Shown piece by piece: positions 47,948-57,261 of a stretch of DNA of 64,000 nucleotides. Each line of letters begins with the position of its first letter. Positions within the stretch are counted from its first letter, which is position 1. The translations under genes were made by a program, and so were the position numbers. The notes under the pieces were generated by a model that did not search any database, was not told where the DNA came from, and saw only the letters and a list, made by a program, of their open reading frames with translations. The DNA is from Armatimonadota bacterium (GTDB lineage Bacteria > Armatimonadota > SYMT01), in contig JAWLHY010000009.1 in assembly GCA_041690135.1 (NCBI GenBank), positions 64,001-128,000 on the forward strand, read 5' to 3'.

Positions 47948-48814
47948 GTGACCGATCAGCAACCCGCTTCGACCCCCTATGCTCTCACGGCCGGAACCAC
48001 GGGTTTGGTGGGGCCGCCACATCACAACGGGTTACGCGTCGAACTCCTGACCGCAGCCCCCGGCGTCATCGAGTTGGAACCTCTCCCGGACCACCGTTTG
48101 ATCGTCCACGCCGGGCCGCCGGTCCAGGGCGCGTGCAGCATGCACCGCTTTCGCTACACTCGCGGCGACGTGGACCTCTTCCCGGCTGGAGCCGCGGATG
48201 CGTGGACGGCGGAAGACGCCGTCGCCTCTGTAACGCTCCACCTGTCTCCCTGGCTGCTGCACCGTGCCGCGGAAGACCTCGGGCTGGATCCCGACCGGAG
48301 CGGATTGGAACCCCGGCACCAGTTCCGCGACCCACGGATCGAACATCTGGCCTGGGCTCTGGAAGCGGAGCGCCAAGCCGGATTTCCGAACGGCCGCCTC
48401 TACACGGATGCCCTGGGTCTGGCGCTTGCCGCCCATTTGCTTGGGAGCTACCGGACCGTGGTTCGCACTCTCGGTGGGCTGTCCCGGTCCCAGTTGCGGC
48501 GGGTGACGGAGTACATCGAGGAACACCTGGACCAGAACCTGTCGCTAGAGCGCCTCGCCGCGGTGGCCCAGGTCAGCCCCTCGTACTTGAAGACGCTTTT
48601 CCGCCGTTCGACCGGTCAGCCGGTGCACCAGTACGTGATTCAGCGCCGGGTGGAGCGGGCCAGGGCACTGTTGTTGCGGGGTGAGTTGCCGGCCAGCCAG
48701 GTGGCCCTGGAGGCGGGGTTCGCACACCAGAGCCACATGGCCCGCTGCATGCGGCGCGTGCTGGGGGTTACCCCAGGAGAGGTGGCACGCGCCGCGGGTA
48801 ACGGAAGGGGTTAA
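47948..48814 (+). CDS. AraC family transcriptional regulator
   Basis: GGAGGAG RBS; VTEYIEEHLDQNLSLERLA, FRRSTG, VALEAGFAHQSHM..GVTP; divergent from the SDR-IRED pair. Confidence 0.92.
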   Translation: MTDQQPASTPYALTAGTTGLVGPPHHNGLRVELLTAAPGVIELEPLPDHRLIVHAGPPVQGACSMHRFRYTRGDVDLFPAGAADAWTAEDAVASVTLHLSPWLLHRAAEDLGLDPDRSGLEPRHQFRDPRIEHLAWALEAERQAGFPNGRLYTDALGLALAAHLLGSYRTVVRTLGGLSRSQLRRVTEYIEEHLDQNLSLERLAAVAQVSPSYLKTLFRRSTGQPVHQYVIQRRVERARALLLRGELPASQVALEAGFAHQSHMARCMRRVLGVTPGEVARAAGNGRG

Positions 48815-49665
48815 CGATTCGCCAGCACCCGCTCGAGCGCGGGGTCCAGGTCAGGTGTGTCGGGTAGGGAGATTCGGAAGACTTCCTGCAGTGCTCCGCG
48901 GAGTTCACCAACGCTCGTCAGGAGTCGCCGTTCCGGTGGGCCGTCGAGCGGGTAAGTGTTGAGCTCGTTGTTGATCAGGGTGTAGCGCCGACCGGGATCC
49001 GTCCGCGAGGCGATCAGGCTCCGGGTGAACGGCGATTCCGGATGGGTGGAGACATACCAGTTGTAGAGCTCGTAATCGGCGGGGAACTGCTCCACCAGGT
49101 CGAAGCGGTAGAGCGATTTCCACTCCCCGGCCACCTTTGCCTGCAGCAGATAGACATTCTCCCAGGGCAGGATCCGGAACAACTCATGCGGAGTGGTCTG
49201 CTCCGTCCCCACTTCCAGGCGTAGGGGACCGGTAGGCGCCATGACGCCAAAGCCAACGTCCGCCAGATAGGGCTGTCCTTCCAGGTCAACCTTCAGCAGC
49301 ATATGGCTCCTGGGCGGGCGCACCTCCTCCGGCTGATTCCACACGACCCGCGAAGCGAGGTAGGTTACCTGGAACCCCAATGCCTGAAGGGCTCGCCCAA
49401 AGAGGGTGTTCTGCTCGAAGCAGTATCCGCCGCGCCCTTGCCGGAGGAACTTCTCTTCAAGGGTTGCCAGAGCCAGGGATACCGGTCGACCCAGGAACGA
49501 GTTGAGGTTCTCGAAGGGAAGGCTCATGACGTGATGAAGCGTGATCCCGCCAAGGGTGGCGAGATTTGCCCGGCGTTCTCCCTGGTAACCGATGCGTTGA
49601 AAGTAGGCGTCGAGATCGAGCGGAGCATCCGTATCATCACGGCTGGTCGTTCCTTCATTGGCCAT
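48811..49665 (-). CDS. Arylamine N-acetyltransferase
   Basis: LPFENL, RGGYCFEQN (Cys), SHMLL (His), ADVGFG (Asp). Confidence 0.95.
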   Translation of the reverse strand: MANEGTTSRDDTDAPLDLDAYFQRIGYQGERRANLATLGGITLHHVMSLPFENLNSFLGRPVSLALATLEEKFLRQGRGGYCFEQNTLFGRALQALGFQVTYLASRVVWNQPEEVRPPRSHMLLKVDLEGQPYLADVGFGVMAPTGPLRLEVGTEQTTPHELFRILPWENVYLLQAKVAGEWKSLYRFDLVEQFPADYELYNWYVSTHPESPFTRSLIASRTDPGRRYTLINNELNTYPLDGPPERRLLTSVGELRGALQEVFRISLPDTPDLDPALERVLANR

Positions 49666-49884
49666 CCTGCATTCTCCTGAACTTATGTCCTGGCCCTCAT
49701 CCTCGAGGACCCGTCCCGTTCACGGTCCCATCGCAAGTGCGGTTACGGGGTGCGCGCCGTCTCCCGAGGGACCGTTCGTGTTCTCTGGGAGCATGCTATG
49801 CGTCTCGGGCTCGCGTCTGTGAAGGGGGCCGGAATCCTCTTAACGGATTTTAAGGTCGCCCGGACAACGTCCAACCCTCCGGGG

Positions 49885-49931
49885 TTGACGCCCTGTCGGT
49901 CCTGCGATACACTCCAGACATATACATGTCT
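49885..49931 (+). promoter_or_regulatory. Sigma70 promoter plus palindromic operator of the GntR gene
   Basis: TTGACG-17 bp-TACACT, then AGACAT-ATAC-ATGTCT overlapping the predicted TSS and the ATG. Confidence 0.65.
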
Positions 49932-50696
49932 ACATCTCTTCTCGACACCTATCCGGTTCAATCCGGCTTCGCGGGGATCGCCGACCTGCTGCGGCGCGCC
50001 ATCGCGTCGGGCGAGTTGCCGCGGCACGCGCAGCTTCCGGCGATCAGCGAGCTGGCGCGGCGCTACGGCACCACCGCCATTACGGTGCGGCGGGCGCTGC
50101 GGTTGCTGGAGCAGGAGGGGTTGGTGCGGGTGGAGCACGGCGTGGGGACCTTCGTGGCCGACTGGGCGGGCGCGCACGATCTGCTGCGGCTGCCGAGCTT
50201 CTCCGCCGAGATGGAAGCGCGGGAACTGGGCCCGCGGACGGAGGTCCGCGCGCGCGGCCGGAACGTAGTTCATCCCGAGGCAGCGCAGGCATTGGGGATG
50301 GGAGAGGGCACTCCGCTGGTGATGCTGGCCCGGCTGCGGCGGCTGCGGGAGCTGCCCGTGGCCTTCCAGCGCTCGTACCTGCCGGTCGCATTTGGTGACC
50401 TGGTAGGGGCCTTCCAGCCGGACCAATCGCTCTACGAAGCGCTCCGGCAGCAAACTGGCCGGTTGCCTGTTTCATCGCACGAGCGTCTGGAAGCGGTGGT
50501 GTTGCCCGCGGAGATCGCCGGCGAGTTGGAGGTCGTGCCCGGAAGCGCCGGCTGGCGGTCCCTGCGCACCACCCTCGATCCGTCGGGAGTACCGCTGGTC
50601 TTTGACGAGGCGTTTCTGCCGGGTGAGCGCCTGGAGTTGCAGATCGATCGGCACGCCGGGCAAACGCGACTCGAGTTCCGCCTCAAGTCCCCATAA
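49926..50696 (+). CDS. GntR family regulator (HutC/UTRA)
   Basis: LPAISELARRYG..ITVRRAL..HGVGTFV wHTH; UTRA domain (SFSAEM, QSLYEAL). Confidence 0.92.
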   Translation: MSTSLLDTYPVQSGFAGIADLLRRAIASGELPRHAQLPAISELARRYGTTAITVRRALRLLEQEGLVRVEHGVGTFVADWAGAHDLLRLPSFSAEMEARELGPRTEVRARGRNVVHPEAAQALGMGEGTPLVMLARLRRLRELPVAFQRSYLPVAFGDLVGAFQPDQSLYEALRQQTGRLPVSSHERLEAVVLPAEIAGELEVVPGSAGWRSLRTTLDPSGVPLVFDEAFLPGERLELQIDRHAGQTRLEFRLKSP

Positions 50697-50710
50697 CACG
50701 GACGCAATAC

Positions 50711-50892
50711 AACGCAAAGGGCGCAGAGAACGCAAAGACCGCAAAGATTTCGAAGAAGAGAATTATGTGAGTCCGTTGATCCCGATGGCCCAGGTGAAAG
50801 AGTTGTGAGCGATTGGGCAACTCACAAAGAAGAAGTCCATTCCCTCTCGGATTTCCCTTTGCGCCCTTTGCGCTCTTCGCGTTCTCTGCGTT
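50711..50892. mobile_element. MITE-like element bounded by imperfect 36-bp inverted repeats built of 9-bp units
   Basis: Left AACGCAAAGGGCGCAGAGAACGCAAAGACCGCAAAG; right (reverse complement) AACGCAGAGAACGCGAAGAGCGCAAAGGGCGCAAAG; AT-richer interior. Confidence 0.5.
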
Positions 50893-50915
50893 AATGCCCC
50901 GATAAGGAGCCAATT

Positions 50916-52127
50916 GTGAGTACCGAAATACCGATGAACCTGCCGGACGCCCGTGGGCGGTTCGGTGAATACGGCGGCCGGTTCGTGCCGGAGACGCTGA
51001 TGCCGGCGCTGGAGGAACTGACCGAGAAGTACCTCCACGCCAAGAGCGATCTCACTTTCCAGGAAGAACTGGCCTACTACCTGCGGGAGTACGTGGGGCG
51101 GCCGACCCCGCTCTTCTACGCCGAGCGCCTCACGAAGCACTGTGGCGGCGCGAAGATCTACCTGAAGCGGGAAGACCTGAACCACACGGGCGCGCACAAG
51201 ATCAACAACGCACTCGGCCAGGTGCTCCTCGCCAAGCGGATGACCAAGCCCCGCATCATCGCGGAGACCGGCGCCGGACAGCACGGGGTCGCGACCGCCA
51301 CCGCTTGCGCGCTACTCGGCTTCGAGTGCGAGATCTACATGGGCAGCGAAGACATCGAGCGGCAGCGGCTCAACGTCTTCCGGATGAAGCTCCTCGGTGC
51401 GAAGGTCAACCCCGTGGAGAGCGGCAGCAAGACCCTGAAAGACGCCATGAACGAGGCGTTCCGCGACTGGGTCACCAACGTCCGCACCACCCACTACGTC
51501 ATCGGCTCGGCGGCCGGAGCGCACCCTTATCCGATGATGGTCCGCGACTTCCAGTCGGTCATCGGCAGCGAAACCCGGGCGCAGATGCTCGAGAAGGAAG
51601 GCCGCCTGCCGGATGCCGTGGTCGCCTGCGTGGGTGGCGGGAGCAACGCCATCGGGATGTTCTATCCGTTCGTGCAAGACGAGGGTGTGCGTCTGGTCGG
51701 CGTCGAGGCTGCGGGCCACGGGCTGACGACTCCCGGCAAGCATGCCGCCACGCTGGTTGCCGGCTCTCTCGGAGTGTTGCACGGCGCCCGCAGCTACCTG
51801 CTGCAGGACGAGCGCGGCCAGGTGCTGGAGACCCACTCTGTGAGCGCCGGCCTGGACTACCCCGGCGTCGGGCCCGAGCACAGCTACCTGAAGGATGCCG
51901 GGCGCGCTGAATACGTCCCCTGCACCGACGAGCAGGCGATGGAGGCGTTCCAGCTTCTCTGCCGGACCGAGGGGATCATCCCCGCGCTCGAGTCCGCGCA
52001 TGCCGTGTACCAGGGCGCGCGGTTGGCCCGCGAGCTTCCCGCCGACCAGATCGTGGTCGTCAACCTCTCCGGCCGGGGCGATAAGGACGTGGAGCAGGTC
52101 CAGCGCATCCTCGGGGCCTCCCTGTAA
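50916..52127 (+). CDS. trpB: Tryptophan synthase beta chain
   Basis: [56 protein letters not shown]. Confidence 0.98.
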   Translation: MSTEIPMNLPDARGRFGEYGGRFVPETLMPALEELTEKYLHAKSDLTFQEELAYYLREYVGRPTPLFYAERLTKHCGGAKIYLKREDLNHTGAHKINNALGQVLLAKRMTKPRIIAETGAGQHGVATATACALLGFECEIYMGSEDIERQRLNVFRMKLLGAKVNPVESGSKTLKDAMNEAFRDWVTNVRTTHYVIGSAAGAHPYPMMVRDFQSVIGSETRAQMLEKEGRLPDAVVACVGGGSNAIGMFYPFVQDEGVRLVGVEAAGHGLTTPGKHAATLVAGSLGVLHGARSYLLQDERGQVLETHSVSAGLDYPGVGPEHSYLKDAGRAEYVPCTDEQAMEAFQLLCRTEGIIPALESAHAVYQGARLARELPADQIVVVNLSGRGDKDVEQVQRILGASL

Positions 52128-52143
52128 GAACAGAGAATTCACC

Positions 52144-52929
52144 ATGAGCCGCATTACCGAACGATTCAAGCAACTGCGCTCCCGGGGAGAAACGGGGCTG
52201 GTCACCTACATCATGGCGGGCGATCCGGATCTGGAGACCACCCGTAAGCTGGTCCTGGAGTTGGAGCGAGCCGGCGCCGACGTGCTGGAACTGGGCGTGC
52301 CGTTCACCGACCCGCTGGCCGATGGCCCGAGCATCCAGGCCGCCAACGAGCGGGCCCTGGCCTCCGGCACCACGTTGGACCAGATCCTCGACCTGGTCCG
52401 CAGCCTCCGCCAGGAGACCCAGATCCCGATCTTGTTGATGACCTACTACAACCCGATCTTCCGCGCCGGGCAGGAGAAGGTTGCCTGTGAGGCCGTGGCT
52501 GCTGGGGTGGACGGGATGCTCATCACCGACCTGCCTCCGGAAGAAGCGGACGAGTGGAAGGCGACCGCCGGCGCGGCGGGGCTGGATACCATCTTCCTGC
52601 TGGCGCCCACGAGCACCGGGGAGCGGATCCGCATTGGAGCGAAGGCCGCCAGTGGCTTCGTCTACTGCGTCTCCCGCACCGGCGTCACCGGGGCGCGCGC
52701 CGAACTGCCGGAAGACCTCCACGAATTGCTCGACCGGATCCGGGAGCAGACCGACCAGCCGATTGCGGTCGGCTTCGGCGTCAGCACTCCCGAGCACGTT
52801 CGCCAGATCGGCCAGTGGTGCGATGCGGCGGTGGTCGGCAGCGCCCTGGTGAACCGGATCGCCGCCGAGGGTCGCGACTCCGTGGCCTCCGTCGGGCAAC
52901 TCGTCCGCGAGCTCAAAGGCCGGGGCTGA
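52144..52929 (+). CDS. trpA: Tryptophan synthase alpha chain
   Basis: MAGDP, ELGVPFTDPLADGPSIQ, MTYYNP, DLPPEE, SRTGVTG, VGFGVS, VGSA. Confidence 0.98.
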   Translation: MSRITERFKQLRSRGETGLVTYIMAGDPDLETTRKLVLELERAGADVLELGVPFTDPLADGPSIQAANERALASGTTLDQILDLVRSLRQETQIPILLMTYYNPIFRAGQEKVACEAVAAGVDGMLITDLPPEEADEWKATAGAAGLDTIFLLAPTSTGERIRIGAKAASGFVYCVSRTGVTGARAELPEDLHELLDRIREQTDQPIAVGFGVSTPEHVRQIGQWCDAAVVGSALVNRIAAEGRDSVASVGQLVRELKGRG

Positions 52930-52998
52930 TCCCCATCCGCTAAGGGCTGAACAGCCATCCGCGAATTTCGCGAATGAAGCGAATGGGAAAGCTCCTCA

Positions 52999-53040
52999 GC
53001 CGGATTTTCGAGGCCGGATTTTCGAGGCCGGATTTTCGAT
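52999..53040. repeat. 14-bp tandem repeat x3
   Basis: GCCGGATTTTCGAG / GCCGGATTTTCGAG / GCCGGATTTTCGAT. Confidence 0.9.
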
Positions 53041-53326
53041 CTCGGGCAGTTGCACTGCCCGAGATAACTTCGTCCGCTCTTGATCGCGGGCAGTTGCACT
53101 GCCCGCGTTACGTTCGTCCGCAGGCCTACGCCCCGAATGGGTTGCACTGCGGTCCCCTGGTGACCGCAGCAGCCGACGCGCTCTGCACCAGCGGGCTCAC
53201 CCGGCGCTTTGTGAAACGCAATCGTAGTGAGGACCCGAACCGCTGTTACCCAGGGCAGGTGCGGCGCAGTGCAACCCCCTACGGGCCATATGGCTGCGAG
53301 CGAAACGTCCTGCTGCAGTGCAACTG
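53039..53326. mobile_element. Degenerate MITE/REP-doublet-like element with five GTTGCACTGC cores
   Basis: Two perfect hairpins (53039-53065, 53085-53107) and about 75-bp imperfect inverted arms starting CAGTTGCACTGC (53091) and ending GCAGTGCAACTG (53326). Confidence 0.55.
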
Positions 53327-53354
53327 GAACAGATCGGATTCAGGGGTTCTGCGT

Positions 53355-54482
53355 TTGTTGACACCGTCCTCGCTGGAACTGAACAGCGTCGCTGTGGCGT
53401 TAACGCGGTCCGCCTTCGGTGAGGCCACCCATGTGCGCGGGCTTTCTCTCATCCGGGAAGGCCCGCGCAGTCGCGTCTATCGGGTCACGTTCGAAGCCGG
53501 TCCGGGCGAGGAGCGGACGGCTGTTCTGAAGCAGATCACGGATGCCGGCGAGTGCGGCTTCACCGACTGGGCCAGTCTCCAGTTCCTCACCGGTAGGGAT
53601 CTCGCTCCAGAGGTCGTTCCTGGCTTTCTTGCCGGCGAGGTGGACGGTCGCAGTTTCTTGCTTACCGACCTGGGGCCTTCCCGGACCCTGGAAGACTGCC
53701 TGCGTGGGAACGACGCCGGGGCTGTGGTGGACGTCCTGCGCGGTCTCGCCCGCGCCTATGCCCGGCTTCATTCGGCCACCAGGGAAGGTGCTGACGGCTT
53801 TCTAGAGATGCGGCGGACACTTCCGGCGGGAGAGAGCCACGGTCGCGAGGCGGAGGCGGCCCGCTGGCTGCGAGGCTGGAGCAAGCTGGAGACGTGGGCC
53901 GTGGCGCTCGGAGTGCCGTTACCGAAAGGATTCCGGGCGGATCTGGAGCAGCTCGCGGCGGCTTACGCGGACCCCGGACCATTCCTGGCGTTCACCCACG
54001 GCGACCCTGCTCCCACGAACAATCACGTCTCGCCCGCGGGAGTGCGGTTGCTCGATTTCGAGTACGGCGGCTTCCGCCACGCGCTCTACGACCTGACGGC
54101 GTGGAACGTCCTCTGTCCTTTGCCGGAGTCTCTCGTCAGGGAGATGGTGCGGGTCTACCGGGCGGCCCTGCCACCGGGCTGGCGGGTCGCCGGCGAGGAC
54201 CGGGAATTCACGAGGGGCTGGGCGATGATGTCCACTTACCGCGCACTGGCGATGCTCACCTGGATCGACCCGGTGGTGCTGGACCGGAACTTTTCCTGGG
54301 TGGGGGAGTGGACCGCGCGCGAGGCGTTGGTTGCGGCGGTGGAACGATTGGTGGTCGCCGCGAGCGAGTTGCCCGACCTGGCGGGGATCGCCTCCTTCGC
54401 GGAGCGGACCCTGCAGACACTGCGGGAGCGCTGGCCCGAGTACCGGGAGCCGTTTCCACCCTGGCCGGCCCTTGCCTCCTAG
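53355..54482 (+). CDS. Aminoglycoside-phosphotransferase-like (APH/choline kinase fold) protein
   Basis: AVLKQ, LLTDLG, FTHGDPAPTN, LLDFEYG. The start is estimated; the ORF-track N-terminus runs through repeats. Confidence 0.8.
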   Translation: MLTPSSLELNSVAVALTRSAFGEATHVRGLSLIREGPRSRVYRVTFEAGPGEERTAVLKQITDAGECGFTDWASLQFLTGRDLAPEVVPGFLAGEVDGRSFLLTDLGPSRTLEDCLRGNDAGAVVDVLRGLARAYARLHSATREGADGFLEMRRTLPAGESHGREAEAARWLRGWSKLETWAVALGVPLPKGFRADLEQLAAAYADPGPFLAFTHGDPAPTNNHVSPAGVRLLDFEYGGFRHALYDLTAWNVLCPLPESLVREMVRVYRAALPPGWRVAGEDREFTRGWAMMSTYRALAMLTWIDPVVLDRNFSWVGEWTAREALVAAVERLVVAASELPDLAGIASFAERTLQTLRERWPEYREPFPPWPALAS

Positions 54483-54583
54483 CTTCCGCTTCTTGGAACA
54501 GCCGGAACCTTTTGGGGAACCCAGTAATCCAAGGGAAGGGGTGCCGGCCTGCACCCCAAGCTTGCCCTGGGGAGAGACATCCG

Positions 54584-55246
54584 ATGCACGGTCGCGCGGT
54601 CCTCTACGCCCTCTGCTTCAGTTGGGTCCTGGGAATCGCCGGATTTCCAGTTTTCGCCAACCCGCCCGTCGCTCCGGAACCGGACGGAACGATCTTCCAG
54701 CGGATCGCGTTGACGCACGCGGAGCCGCTGGGAGTGCTCCGGATCCTCACTGCGGAGACGGACGTGGACCGGCGTTCCGGTGCGCTGCATGGCAAGCACT
54801 CGCTGGTCCCGGCGGGGATTCGGGCTACGATAGCATTTCCTACCGGGGGAACCCTGATGGTCAAAGGCGAGCCGCCGGCGGTCTGCCAGTTCGCGCTGGC
54901 CTGCACCCTCCTCGACGTGCCCACGGAAAGGCGCGGGGACGGCCGGATCCGGATAACGCTCCGTCCAACACGCGCGGACCTGACCGAGTTAACCCGCCAG
55001 ATCCGCGAGCTACCGGGAGCGGGGCAGGTGCAGTTGATGGCAAAGAGCCTCACCCTGGAAGGCTCGGCGGCGTGGCTTCACCAGGCCCTCCGGCAGGCCG
55101 TGCGCCAGGAACTCAACGGGAAAGGCGCCGAAAAGTCTGCCTACGTTCCTCCTTATCTTCCGACCCTTCCTTATCTTTATCCATTTCACCAACGTCCCTC
55201 GGGCGTGATCGTCCGCTTCAGTAGGCCCTGGGGATCGCCCTCGTAG
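54584..55246 (+). CDS. Hypothetical secreted protein with secretin N-domain (NolW-like) repeats
   Basis: Signal peptide; RIALTHAEP..LVPAGIRATIAFPTGGTLMVKGEP....LLDVP pattern; no secretin beta-barrel. Confidence 0.55.
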   Translation: MHGRAVLYALCFSWVLGIAGFPVFANPPVAPEPDGTIFQRIALTHAEPLGVLRILTAETDVDRRSGALHGKHSLVPAGIRATIAFPTGGTLMVKGEPPAVCQFALACTLLDVPTERRGDGRIRITLRPTRADLTELTRQIRELPGAGQVQLMAKSLTLEGSAAWLHQALRQAVRQELNGKGAEKSAYVPPYLPTLPYLYPFHQRPSGVIVRFSRPWGSPS

Positions 55247-55812
55247 AGCGCCAACTGGTAACGTTGGAACCAGTAGAGGCTGGCTCGCCGGTACTGGGCA
55301 TCGTAGTCCGGGTGCTCGGCGCCCTGTGCGGTGCGCCGGCGGAGTAGCTGCGCGTGCTGCTCCTGAAGCAGGAGCGGGTTCCGGTTCACGTGGTGGGCGC
55401 TGATGTAGAGGTACGGGTTGGCCCGGACCACCGCGTAGAGCCGGTCGCGGGCCAGGAGCAGGTCGAGGAAGCCCGGGTTGTCCGAGCGCAGGGTGTTCGC
55501 CAGGTCCGCGGGATCGAAAAACGGAGGTCGGTCGACCGGATGGACGTGGAAAGTCCCCACGAACCGCCCCTCTTCCGTGTAGGCCTGATAGTGTGCCTGG
55601 GAAGCCAGTTCCAGCGGGAAGTGGAGCTTCCCCTCGCGCAGCGCCAGCGGAAAGCCCAACTCCGTGCCGGCGGGGGCACTGTGGTAGGTGTTCAGGAACA
55701 CCTCGGCGTGCTCCCGGAAGTCGAGGGTGTCCGGGAGGTGGTCTGGATGGCGGCGGATCGGGTCGTCGGCTGCGCGGGCCAACCAGGAGAGGGTAGGAGA
55801 CGCGAGCAGCAT
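55186..55812 (-). CDS. Hypothetical protein with a JAB/MPN-like metalloprotease motif
   Basis: TELGF...VGTFHVHPVDRPPFFDPADL; AAGAGGT RBS; 29 bp downstream of the oxidase gene. Confidence 0.6.
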   Translation of the reverse strand: MLLASPTLSWLARAADDPIRRHPDHLPDTLDFREHAEVFLNTYHSAPAGTELGFPLALREGKLHFPLELASQAHYQAYTEEGRFVGTFHVHPVDRPPFFDPADLANTLRSDNPGFLDLLLARDRLYAVVRANPYLYISAHHVNRNPLLLQEQHAQLLRRRTAQGAEHPDYDAQYRRASLYWFQRYQLALYEGDPQGLLKRTITPEGRW

Positions 55813-55841
55813 GGGGTTACCTCTTTTCAAGTGTGTATCCG

Positions 55842-56978
55842 TCAGGTGTTGTCCAACACCTGCGCGATCTGCTCCGCGGTGGCGGCGGCCAGGGTGATCC
55901 CGTCTCCCTCGTGGCCGCAGGCGAGGTACAGCCCAGGCACCTTGCTGGGGCCGATGCGGGGCAGACCGTCGGGAGTCCACGGTCGAAACCCCACGGTGGT
56001 CTCCTCCCAGGCGACCTCCGCGAGCGCGGGGAGGTAACGTGCGCCGCACTCCCGGATTCGCTCGACCTCCGGCTCAATCCCATCCTGGGAGAAGTCGACG
56101 AAGGACCGGCTCCCTCCGAGCAGGCATTCCCCCGCGGTCTCTGGCTCTTCGGCCGTTGAAGGGTGCTGCTGAAGGCTGAAGGCGATGCTCTGCGGGTCGG
56201 CGCTGAACTTGGCGCAGAGGTACTCGGCCCCGAGAAGGGGACGGTGGGTCAGCGCCCGGCCTGGGTTCCCTCGCAAGAGCACCCCGCGCCGGGGGCGGAT
56301 CTCCACCTCCGCTCCGACCATGGTAGCTAGTTCTCCGGACCAGACCCCCGCGGCCAGCACGACCGCGGACGCCTCGTACTCAACCCCTCCGGCCACCACG
56401 CCGCAGACCTTTCCGCCGGAGGTTATGAAGCTCTCCACCGGAGCGCCACTGGTCATGCTGGCCCCGTGCTGGAGGGCTTCGGTAAGCCACGCTCCCGCCA
56501 GGAGCGCCGGGTGGACCTGCGCATCCAGCGGGCAGTAGCTGGCGGCGATGACTTCGGGGGAAATCTCCGGCTCGAGGGCGCGGGCCGCGTTGCCCGTCAG
56601 CCACTGCACGGGCACTCCCGCGGCCGTGAGCGCCTGGTGATGGGCGTGGAGCGCATCCACTTCATCGGGATCGATGGCGAGGATGAGGCTGCCCGTTTGC
56701 CGGTAGAGCAGTTCTTCTTCGCGTCCCTGGGCGAACTCGGCCAGTAGTTCCAGGCTCCGGCGCGCCAGGTCGAGCGCGGGTCCCGGCCGCTTCGACTGGA
56801 GCAGGAGATGACCACCGGACACCGCCGTGGTGCCGCGGCCGGGGTGGGAGAGAACCCGCACCCGGCGCTTCGCCCGCGCCAGCGCCGCCGCGCACGCCGC
56901 CCCCACCGCTCCCGACCCGATTACGATCACATCCGTGGAAGCCGGGCGTTGCTTTCCTGGCTGCTTCTTCTTCGGCAT
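55842..56978 (-). CDS. FAD-dependent glycine/D-amino-acid oxidase family protein
   Basis: VIGSGAVGAA, ALEPEIS, VVLAAGVWS, GFRPWTPDGLPRIG, GHEGDGITLA. Confidence 0.9.
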   Translation of the reverse strand: MPKKKQPGKQRPASTDVIVIGSGAVGAACAAALARAKRRVRVLSHPGRGTTAVSGGHLLLQSKRPGPALDLARRSLELLAEFAQGREEELLYRQTGSLILAIDPDEVDALHAHHQALTAAGVPVQWLTGNAARALEPEISPEVIAASYCPLDAQVHPALLAGAWLTEALQHGASMTSGAPVESFITSGGKVCGVVAGGVEYEASAVVLAAGVWSGELATMVGAEVEIRPRRGVLLRGNPGRALTHRPLLGAEYLCAKFSADPQSIAFSLQQHPSTAEEPETAGECLLGGSRSFVDFSQDGIEPEVERIRECGARYLPALAEVAWEETTVGFRPWTPDGLPRIGPSKVPGLYLACGHEGDGITLAAATAEQIAQVLDNT

Positions 56979-57261
56979 CAGTGGGTCCCAATGGCGGAGG
57001 CGAACCCTACCTGCGGCGCGTCAGGCACTGTCAAGGCTCACCCCAGGAGCATTCATGGCGAACGGCGTACCTGACTGGCCGAAGCACTCCCGTGCACTCA
57101 ACACTTACCACCTTGTACACCACTCAAACGCGCCGGAGTTGGGCCACCAAATCGCCGGAATGATGTTGGTATGACTGATCGCGGGCGGTGCAACTCGAAC
57201 GGGCGTCTGCCTACCTGCGCCCAAAATTACAGAAAAATTAACAAAAACGGGCCACCTGACC

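Noticed and set aside
50767-50808. Short ORF (VSPLIPMAQVKEL) upstream of trpB as an attenuator leader peptide
   Set aside because: No Trp codons and no terminator/antiterminator pair with a U-tract.
53039-53120. Two palindromic direct repeats resembling a mini CRISPR array
   Set aside because: Only two 19-bp copies, the intervening sequences resemble each other, and there are no cas genes. Better explained as a REP/MITE-like element.
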